A stretch of DNA of 64,000 nt from Bugula neritina (taxonomy: Eukaryota; Animalia; Bryozoa), in the NCBI GenBank assembly GCA_964035545.1, contig OZ037767.1:4790707-4854706 (forward strand). The letters are read 5' to 3'. The position numbers and the translations under genes were made by a program. Under the pieces are notes generated by a model. That model did no database searches and was not told the origin of the DNA. It was given only the letters and a program-made list of their open reading frames with translations. Below are positions 1 to 11,876 of this stretch, piece after piece. Numbering within the stretch: position 1 is the first letter of the stretch; every line of letters begins with the position of its first letter.

Positions 1-1905
1 ATGTATGGTAGGGTACTTGTGTTAAACTTATATTATTACCTATGCAACCTATTGTAGTTTAGAACATTCCTAAGGTCAGTAACAAAAATATGGATGATTA
101 TCCTTAGAGCATTTGAAGAGTTCATTATCAGCTAAATTAAGACAGTTTAAAAAATATCCCTCATACTTTAATGCAATTCTTTAGCTGGTAAAAGAACAGT
201 TACCACCTATACCATGTACATGTATAATGTATAATGTAACAAGATAAAATATAAGGAGGTAGTGTTTGCTTTCACAGGAAATGTGAACTGGACACACTAT
301 GTTTGTTTGTCAACTGCATAATAAACAAGTGCCATTTTCATTAATGAAGTAATTTTCTAATAATGAGTTCAATAAACAACATGTTAGCTGTGATGCACAC
401 TATATATTATTAACTAGGTTATAGCCGACACGTAAACACACCATCTATGGTGTGTAGGCATCATCTATGTAATATATTCACTCCAGAGGATTGTATCAGT
501 AAATTACTTGATGTCTACTCCCACACATGCCGCCTCTATATATCTGTGAGTGCAGTTTCGGCAGCACATTACATGTGATGATGTCACAGTATTTATCAGA
601 TTGCTATTGTGTGCTGCCTAAATGTAACTGACAGCAATTATTGTATGAGAGTGATCTCATTGCTAGATGTAGCTTATCATGTTGTTGAGGATAACACACA
701 ACAATTTAGAAGTCATTGTTTTTATATTAATTTTGCATCACATACACACGCTAGGCCTATAGACTTTTCTGAAATTGTTAGACTAGTTTTCAAGGCTGCC
801 TAACAAAATAAATATACGTTTTTACTTCAGCTTCAGATGTTGTTATGAAGTAAAATAATCCTAGCTAAAGAAGTTATACTCTCATGAGAATACATGAATA
901 AAAAGCATAAATTATGATTTACAAGTTGATCAGCTACTTGACCAGTATTTCAAAAGCTAAATTTTATTAAAAGCAGTCAATTTGGTTTTTTAAATACATT
1001 TTTGTTAGGGTTAGAGTTATGATGTCACAACTGAAGCATCACTGCTTTTTTGGTAGATGAACATTTGTTAAGGAGTCAATATAAGCTCTAATCTATACAT
1101 TACAAAACAGCATAAGAAGAACAGCTGCATGGATAGTGGCACTCCAAAATAATCAGTAATTGAACTTGTAATATTATTTAAGACTGAAGTAATAATAATA
1201 AATCAATAATAATTAGTAGTGTTGAAATAATAATAATTAATATAGTGTTGAAGTACAATTTCAAATATTTATAGTTGAAGAAGTTTAAATCTGTAAATAC
1301 TTTCCAATATTTCCCCACAACAACTCCCCAGTGAACAATTTACTTACTGATCTTTATTATAATATATTAATTGGGTTTGAGAATGAACTTGCCGTCATTC
1401 GAACAATTCCACACGTATGATTATATTCGCTTTTATGAATATTATAGAGTTGCGTAACAGTTATTAGGGTATGCACTTCTTTTTTTAAAAAATCATGCAC
1501 AAAGTAAGATGAAAAATAGCATTTAAAATAATAGATTACTAAGGCTAAATACTATTACAAAACTGTTTTGACCAGCTATATAACAAAAATAAATTGGTTG
1601 TAAAGAGCTTTAAAAAAATTAGTTTGGCAAATTTTGATTAATAGGAAAATGGTTTTCATATAACGTTTTTATCAATTATTGATGGCTTATGCAACATTTT
1701 CTTATAGAGTAAAGGTTTACAGCTTCATTTATTATGTATTTCATAATGCTAAGTGACTTTTTTCAATTATTTGTGAATTATGTAATAATATGATCAACTT
1801 CAAATAGTTTTAAACTCACTAAAGGCATGTCTACTTTGGACCCATACATACACACACTCATTGATTAACATCATAAAAACTATAAATAGTTTCTTCAGTA
1901 CTTAC

Positions 1906-4900
1906 CATTGTAACCTCCGCCACCACCACCAGCGGTACAGCCACCACCACCTCCGCCGAATCCTCCATGAGTCTCAAACTGATCTCGATATTTGCCACAA
2001 CCTTTCCCGCCTAACAATGATCTCTTAGAAGCTAACCAATACAAACCCAACCCGTCTTGCTGAATCGGGTTTTGTTTTGTAATGTCGTAGGATCCGCCAA
2101 ATCCTAAATAAAAAGTATTGTATAATCCCATTATTGCATAGACACATTATTGTATAGTAACATTATTGTATAGGCATATTTTTGTATAGACATATTATTG
2201 TGTAGCCACATTATTGTATAGACATTTTTATTATTGTATAGACATACTATTGTATAGATATATTATTGTATGGCTACATTAAAAAATTAAGCAAAAAGCT
2301 AACAAAAGACAAAAACCATTAAACTAGAATTCCTTTTATAAAAAGGTGCTAAACATGATAGTGCAGTGAAAAGATGGATGTTACTTTGAGACCAGTTTTT
2401 AAATAAGTTTGAAACTTCGGTGATAGAAAATTTGCTTCTTTTGACTGCTTCACAATTTGAGATTTAAAATCAATTTTATCTTCATATATTATAAATTTTA
2501 TAAACACATATGAATTTGGAGCTTCTAACAAATTTATGATGCTTAACATTAAAATTTTACGTATATGTAAAGTTATCAATACTATTCACTGTAGTTGTGA
2601 ATAGAATTGGGAGGAAAAAACTTACCTGGCCTTACAGTACTGTTATCATTGCAGGTTTTGTTCACGCATTCTGTCTTTAGATAGGTACTCAACAAGTGAC
2701 CACTTTTGAACTTAAGGGGCATATCCATCCTTCCCATACCCCCTCCCCCTCCTGCTACGGCTAGTAAATGCAAAGTTTTATTTCGCTTCTAAAACAAGCA
2801 AATAAACTTAAAACATTTAAACTTCAGAAAATATTCAAGAGCCTAGTAAACAAAACTGCAGTAAAATTTGAACTAGCTAAAATTGAAATCAATCTATAAC
2901 TTCTACATGCTAATTTCACCAACCCTATTAGAATACGCTGAACTGATTGCAATTATAGTTCTTCCAAAAATATAGAAGCTTATAATGGGAAAGTGTAGAA
3001 TACTTACTAAGGAAACCATTGAGGCACCCCCTCCACCTCCCCCTCCTCCAAACCTTGTAGTCAGGTTCTCATTGTTACAATCACCCAAAGAGTTCTGAAA
3101 TATTACCAGTAGACTCATTACCATGTGTCAGAATATACATACACACACGCACACGCACGCGCACACGCACGCACGCACAGGCTCATACACAAATGTGCAC
3201 ACGCGCACACCCGCACACACACAGATGCACACACACATATGCTGGCCATCAAACAGTGCTCAAGACTTCTACAAAAAAGTCAAGCTAAATACTATTATTT
3301 GTAGGTTAAAAGGACTAAGATGTTTTTTTTAAAATGAATCATCTACAAATTTGTTTCTTGCTACTCCTCAGGGTGACGTCAGCTAATAATTTATGTTACA
3401 TCTGTCATATAACAATATCTGTCATGTGACAATATCTGTCATGTGACAATATAAATATCCACTATTGTCTAAGGATTGGACAGGTTGCTGGAAAATATCC
3501 ATAATCTAAAATATGTTGCAAAGTTTAAAGAGCTGCTAGACATGTGCACATAACTCCGTGTTAGTTGAAGTTAGAAAAGACCAGATGCTAAAGCCTTTGT
3601 TTAGACTGCAGTGCCGGAACATCTTGTAGGCAACCGGATGTCTTGTTTTTGTAGTGTGCAACACAGCTGTGACATGCAGACGTGAGCGTATATAACATGC
3701 AGACGTGAGCACATATGATGTGTTACCTGTTCACATGCCATAGAGCCGGCTTGTCCCACCACTATATATAGCTTTTCATCTTTCACCAGATCAATCTGAA
3801 TGTGCATTCTGGACGGCCAGGAAGGCAGAGAAAAAATATTTTTACTGACATAGCCTGTGCCTCTAATCACTCCAGCCATCCCTTTTGAATGTATACCAGA
3901 CCCACCCGTAGCTCCGTACAGAATAATGCTAAAAAGAAAACATCAGCAGATGATATTATGGCATGTAAAACACGTGAAATCATTTCGCAATGGGCTATTA
4001 GAGAAGTGCCAAAGTAAGCAGTATGTGAATGTATCTTTCATAAGGAAAACCGAGGGGTGAAAGTTGGAGCTTGTGCCAAATGGATGGACCCAGAATCATG
4101 TAGATTATAGGTCAACAGGTAAACAAAGGAATAGTTTGACAGGTCAATGGACGGCAGCAACAGCATTAGCCAACCACCCCAGTGACAGCGGTCAACAAAA
4201 ACAGGTGCAATACTCTTTACTTGTCTGGTTCCAGCTTAGAATTGTAGTATGAGAAGTTGTCTACTTTCAAGTTGAAGCTGTTTTTAAGTCCAATCAAAGT
4301 GAAAGTAGAATACTTCTTACACAGAGAAGTGTAAGCTGGCTCTGCATTTTAATAATCTTAGAGTCGTGTTATCTATAATGAGTCATTTTTGGCACAAGGC
4401 TCATTTGGCTTTTACTTTTTAATGTTATTACAGCTTAGAAAACATTGCTTTGTGGTTTGACAGATATTTCAGTAGTTTAAAAAACACTTTTGCAGTAAGG
4501 AAAGACATCTGAAACAGATATACCAATATATGTCTAGTATACAGCATCAGCTGAGGTTAATATTTCTGCTGACCTTTCTACAGGGTACAGAGGCATTTAG
4601 AACTCTGCTAATGTCATGGCTACACCTAAGGCTGAGTGAGAATTATGCTGAAAAAGCAACCAACTCTCTATGGCTTTAAAAACTTTTGCATATAGCCTTG
4701 CAAGGTCAATTGCTTTTTATATATTAAAATATTTTTTTTGACATCAACTCTCTTTGGACTTATAATACTGAAAACATAATTTGGTTTTTCTTGTAACCTG
4801 GGTCCTAAAATCTGCAAATGTTATTGGCTTTGACTTGAAAGAAATTATGTTGCTGCCACCCATGCTTTTAGCCTTAGGTAATTTAACAGTGATGAGTATC

Positions 4901-7900
4901 AGGGGGGAAGGCGGTGATCTATACCTTTTATGCTTAAACTTTTAGTTAAAACCAAAGCCGTTTTAAATTTCTTTAGTGCTCACATTTTTACTAAAGTAAG
5001 CAAGACAAAATAAATTATCAAAATAAATTACATTTTTACAGGTGCAGCATCACAAGATTCCATAAATATTATTAACCAATATTTAGTTCTAAGACTACAG
5101 AGTGATGGTGTGATTCACCATATTATGCAGGTGTATATCCTGTAACATTCCTTTCTGGTGGTCTGTTGTAACTTACTTATATCTCCTTGTTTCAGGTACG
5201 TTCCAGACCTGTACGCCAGGTAAACCGTCATCATCTACCTGAACTTCCACGACAGGTTGTCTGTACTTTGGATAGTACTCCTGGCACTGAGTGTTGGTCG
5301 GCCCAGCACGTCCGGTTGAGTCGCAAGTTGTGAACCAGTAGCTGGCTGGTAAATACAGTATAAATCCAAGTAAAATTAATATAATCTCACATCTCATCAT
5401 TGCCAACATCACGCACGTAGTTTTGCACTTTTAGCTGCCAAAAATATTAGATATTGAATAAAAAACTGAAATATAAGTATGGTTTTATATGCCGGATGCA
5501 AAAGGAATAGTCAACACAGTTGAAAGCTCAACGTTAAGAAGTCTCATGGCTGCACATTCTGTAGTCTTGCATCATGGCTCCTTAAATGTTATCTTAATAA
5601 ATGTTTATTTCTTTCTAATAGTCAAGACAAGCACTCAGGTTTCTAAAATACCAGCGATGAGCTAAAATACTCTTGTATATGCTTAGGAAAATTCTAGTGT
5701 GAATAATTTGTTAGAGTGGGGCCATATCTTGTTTTTTAGACAAATTAACTTGTGATGCAATTAACTAAAATTAGACCAGAAAACATCGAGTATAAAGCTA
5801 GAAAATATAGATTAAGACAGGGAAATGTATCTAATTTAAATTACTGCAGAGAAAGTGTGCTTTAAGCAGTAGTGAAAACGGTCAAAACACAGGCTTTTAG
5901 ATGACACGTAGTCAGCATTCGTGAATCAGTTGCAAAGAACCGATGGCTATTTTTCAGCATTCTTGGAGTACGTTTTTGTAAATTGCTGTGAAGGGTGTTG
6001 AGCATAAATAGGAAAAGAATTTCTCTTGAATGCAGCATTTAATGGATGCTATTAGAAAGCATGTCATAAAATAGGCATCGCAGCAACTTGTTTTGAAGAG
6101 AAAATAATTGGACTTTCATGTCACTAGCAAGCTAATCTACGAAATGTTACTCACATATAATACAAATTCTAGGTGTGTCAATTTACTAGTGGTCATAGGA
6201 TAGGGATGAAATGATGAAGTTTGACTTGGATGTTCCAACACAAATCAAAATGAAGGAGAGAAAATGAAGACTTCACATATTATTGGTGCTTATAAATAAA
6301 CATTTTAAGCCCGTTTGCCTTTCATATAGTATGTATTGGAGCTTTTAGTAGGTAGCCTTTTCCCTGAATTCATTTTCATGTAGAGCAGCACTGACTAAGC
6401 CAAGGGTTAATAACAGATTATTAGAGAAGAAAAGATGACAACCCAGTGCCTTTTTAAAAACACAAGTTATTGCTACTATTAACAATATTACTTTAACATG
6501 AGTGCTATAAACAACATTTCGAATGTAATGCTTTAAACCTGTTCAATAGCGATGATAGTATTTCAACAGATTCAAATGTCTATGATTTGTAGCCTTAGGA
6601 TATTCATTTTCATTAAGGGTACGTACTGTGTCTTGCACAGAGCGCTATTCTTAATTTGAATACAGTATTCTTGCAAGCTACCTCCTTTTATAACAGTTTT
6701 GCAATAGAAAGCTGTAATTTATTGCAGTCTGTATTGTTGTGTGCTATAAACTATTGGCATGAGCATAAAAATCAATATGAATATTATATATTCATAGTGT
6801 TTTTATTCTGTATAGCAAAGTTATGTAAATAAATAATACCGTCTGAGGTTTTTTAATGCCTAACCTACTAACAGTTTATCAAAACTACACTAACAAGGAT
6901 GTTCATTCTATAGTTAATTAAGTCACCTTGAAAGTTGTAAGTTGATGTATAGAGTGCAGGGAAAAATAGACTAAAATAGAAAAAGGGAGAGAACAATATT
7001 TGTAACCATGCATTTTCAGAGCAGAGCAAATAAAATTATGTAGGAAACAAACTGTCAGAGTGCTTTACAAAAAGGCTTAATAGCTAACATGTCAATTTGT
7101 GATTTCAGTGGAGGCTTCAATTTTCAGCAATAATCATAATTGCTCTTGTGCCACAGTAAAAGTTCCACGTTGTCAGTAGATGAAGAGGTGCAGCCCTTAG
7201 CATGCTTGAAAACCCTCATGATTGGGGATTCTTACAGCGATGGAGATTTTAAACAATTGTAACCTTTTTCCAATTTTCAATCAGTTGTAAAGAGCAGATG
7301 CAGAAATATAGCAACATGCAGACTGACCTGCAGAGATACTAAAACATTTCATTCAGTTTTTTACCTTTGAAACCTAATAGTCATTCATACACAAACATGG
7401 ACCAAGGTGCAAAATAGCAACACTCAAGTGCAAAGAGCACACAAACTTTCCATTGAATAATATTTTGTATTCTACAGTGGCACGTAATTTCTAAGTCAGA
7501 TGCATCCAGTTACAATAAAGAAATGTATATTTTAAGAAAAAAACTTTTATATTTTTAATATAATCAATCTAATATATATCCCATAAAGAAAATCTGTAAT
7601 TATTTAATAATTAGTGAAACAGTCAAATAAACCGACTCGTTTTAAGGTACCTATTTAGAATATTTCCATTCCAGTTAATACTTCTACTATGAAATTGAAT
7701 AGAAGGATGGGAATCATATTTAAATATAGTCTTTTAATAAACAAGCTATAGCAGTAAGTAAACTAATTAGATAAAATATGACCACCATTTAGGTGCAGCA
7801 GTAGAGACATTTTAACAGCTAAAGTTCTTTAATTTTCTTAATGATCAATTTTGGTTTGGAATTGAAATTTGAAATAACTTCTTTAGCTATATTGTTCATC

Positions 7901-10900
7901 CATAAAATATGCTTTCTCAAATTCTCCGTTACTGCGTTCCCATTGCCTCACATGATATGAATGTATTTTTTACCGGATGTTTGGAAACAGGTAAATCGAA
8001 TTAATTCACAACCATAAGTTAATGCAAATCAACTGAAACTGCAAATCCCGCATGCACGGATCCATTCAGAGCAATGGGAAAGCAGTGCCTTACTGCACCA
8101 GCAGCTATCAGTAAAGTTATAAAGAATACAAGAAGATGTAAACATTTGACTTACTAGATCTGTTGGCGACTGTAACACCCTCAGCGTAGACTATGTCAGC
8201 TCCGGAGAGAGCTTCTAAAAACGCGAGCAGCGTTAATAAAAGCATATTGAGCAGTGGTGCTCGATAAATTGTAGTATTCATAATATATGAATATAGGTTG
8301 ATATTTATCCGATTAGAATGTATATATGTATGTCCAACAAGTACAGTTGCTGTCAACTCCCAGAGGAGTGACTCAGCTCTAGGTAAAGGCTAGAGGTGCA
8401 GCACTTTATTCAATAATATAGACTACGTGGGTAGAAGTGAATCAGATGTAGCATTAACCAAGTTCCACCCTTCTAACCTGCAGTACATGCACTGAGCATC
8501 TGCAGGTCGTGTTTGCTTGGCTAATGAAATTATACAGCTGACCGCAGGTAAAACTTGTCACTATGCAGACATCAAGAACTGCAGGTAAAGTTGCTGATTG
8601 TGTATACAAGTTGTTATCGCCAGAGAATACAGAGCTGCAATGTTTTCTCACCACTAGTGATATAAGCTCATGTGTGTTTATTATAGCTACTGCATATTTG
8701 TAGAGTATACACAGAATGGTGACTATCCAGCTACAGAAATATGCCAGTTAAAACACTGAGCTGTACACTTGCCATGCTGAGTGCACAAGACTTGGTGTGC
8801 CATGCTACTCACTCTTATATCAACATGTCTGACAGACGTGATGCCAGGGAAATTGTTACAAAACCAGAATGGCTGCTCATTGATACAGAAATTCAGCAAG
8901 TAGACGCGATGGTTATTATGCAATCGGAAGGAATAGTGTTGCAACTAACACTACACAAATACTATATATTTTATATAGCTTCAGTAGAAGAGAAATTGAC
9001 ATAGCCTAATTTCTTAAATTTTTTAAATAATTTTTGGTTGGGTTGAAATTTTCACGAGAAAATAACTTCTTTTGCTACATTTCTAATCTAAAACACAAGT
9101 TTTTTTCAATTTCTTTATTACTGCACCTCCAATAAATAAATTGAATTTAAATAATATATTATTGTGTAGGTAATGCATGCAATCAGTTTTCCTTTGCCAT
9201 GTTATGTTATTACAATGGATTATCTTCTCTTTTTTACATAGTATATGAGAAGATAACTCTGGTGTAAAACAGCCTGTCTAATTTGTCCATTTGTCCACAA
9301 AAGATACTACGACTGCCCATATGAATAAAAATACATATAATTATAACATATCTTATAATATTTATAACTCATGGGATCCAATAATTACTTATCTAGTGGC
9401 CGCATTGCTTTCCGTAACCATACTAATCAGTTTCTGCAACTTTATTTACCGTAGTCTACATTTAATTCTCAGAAAACATCAGCTATCTACAGTATGATAA
9501 CTACAAACAAAAATATTTTAATACTTGCCAACACCATCTAGATCTAAAGCCGGTCCCACCCTGAGAGGCAGTTGGGGGAAACACTTATCAGATATGGAGA
9601 TGTTGGCAATCTCGTACCATCCAGTTTTATTACCACGGCTGTTAGACCAAAGCTTTATGAAGAATCTAAAACAAAAGCATTTAATAATCATAAGGCTTTT
9701 TTACACAAGAGGAAAGTTTTAATGCAATACATCAGTATGTAGATAAAAATAGAAATAAAGATAAAAACAACTTTAGTCAATTTTCCTGGCCAATATTTTA
9801 CAATGCATGTGGGTGGTGTAAAAATTACACATGTCAATGTAAAAAATTATTGAAAAACAAAAGTATTTGGTGAACTGTGTAGCAGTTCTTGTGGATTAAC
9901 AATTGTGATATTATATATTGAATTGAATGCTATACTTTGGGATAATTTTTTTGAAATACCTGCTAAACTGTCATGATTAACACTGAAGTTCGGAGTTCAT
10001 ATACAGGATGTTTAATGTAGTAAACAGTTGTGGATAATTTAGGAACCTTAAAACCTTTTGCATATATTTACTATAGCCTATTGCAACACTAGTTTTAAAA
10101 TTTTAATATAGGAGTTTTATATGCTTATAATTTTATTGATAAAGAAGTTGTTTGCCTATGAACAAAAGCACTAAAATGTCAACATCAAGTATCTTCTAAA
10201 TGGCACATGGCCAAATGCATTGGAATTGAGTATAATAAACTCAATGGTTTTTCAAATAATTAAATTTTATGACTGCACCATTGGCATAATTTACCTATCT
10301 TTAAGTTTCTGTAAAGGTAAGCTCCAATTCTTCCAAACCTCCCTCTCTGTAATTTGAATTCTGTCTGTAACTACAGGTTCCTCAAAGTTAGGATCATAAA
10401 GATCGAGTTGTATGACTGGAATGTGGTAATGTTTTACTAGAGTAAATCCTCTTATTCGATACGAGAGTGTAAGCTACAAACCATAAGGAAATGCTTATCT
10501 GAATGACAAAGATGTTAATGAAGAATAATTTGGATTATACAATTTAAAAGTTGCATAACTATAATATAATAATATAAATGTATGCAAATTAAATTATTAT
10601 AAAGGAAATAGTACATATATATAAAGCATAATTCATTGCATCTCACACAACTAATGAAGAATGAATGTGAAAAATTGATATATACAATTTGAAAGGCAAA
10701 TTTAAACTAAATTCTGTTTTTTAACTAATGAGATGGTCTCCTATTAAGACCAAAATAGTTTTATAATGTTACAAAGCAGATTTTGACAATACAAGTTTTA
10801 AATGTTGAGCGAAGTGAAAAAAATACCAGAGCTATAAATCACTGACTAAAATAATTTAGATATGCGTTATAGAAATGATATGTTATATACAAATATTATA

Positions 10901-11792
10901 TGTTATACATCATATTATATGTTATATGCTAAATTATAGATTAAAAACTTTGAGTAGTAGTAGAAAACTTACTTTGCAGTCACTGTTAGCTTGATATGGA
11001 AAAATTGGGCTAGTTAAAGTTGCTTTTTGCATATACTGTGACATTGAGGCATTAAGAGATAAATGGTCACCTGAAAGTAGAGAACACAGTCTAACAAAAT
11101 ATTGTCTATAAATGGAGTTAGTTGCACAGCTATATTACCTGGAAGCTGAAGCAAAATTTAGTAAAAATATTGAATAATAATACTAAACGCTTATAATATT
11201 ACACCAGTTCAAGGTAGATGTTATATTGTATAACAATATAGCTAATGTTGATATGAAATGCCAAGTTTTGATGCATAGAGTTATCGGAATGTGCAGAAAT
11301 ACAATCGTCAGTTGATAGTTGGAGTTATCAACCTTTGCCAGAAACCACATAGTATGGGTTTCACATTTCAAATTCAGTCAATTTTCTGTCTCGACCTCTT
11401 TTTACAAAGAGTATATCCCCACTTCCTGGTACAAGTCTTTACTCATATCATATGCAACAAACTGTTTAACCAAAATTAGCCCTACAGCGTAAGTTATAGA
11501 AGACTGATGACGCCTGCATCTCATCTGCGTCTTCGTCTATGTCATGATACTTTGAAAGCCCAGCTAAGTCACATTACACAATTTTAGAATACTAGAATGA
11601 GTTCCTACCTTGAGCTATGAAGCTGTAGTGAGGGTTGTCATGAGTTGCCACCCAGCCATCACACATTGTGTTATTGACTACCTGACATGAGGAAGGGAAA
11701 GGCTTCTTGTCTTCAAACAAAAGTTACACATGCGGAGGTTTTACTTGGGCATCGTCATTATTATACATACATGTGATAATGCAGTAAGTGTA

Positions 11793-11876
<84 letters not shown>

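Noticed and set aside
1-1900. Further ALK exons (EGF-like, transmembrane, kinase)
   Set aside because: No convincing phase-1 exon with the expected motifs was found; they are presumed to lie beyond the window start.
8741-9004. 87-aa + strand ORF nested in the ALK intron
   Set aside because: No recognisable motif or supporting exons; it may be regulatory or repeat-derived.
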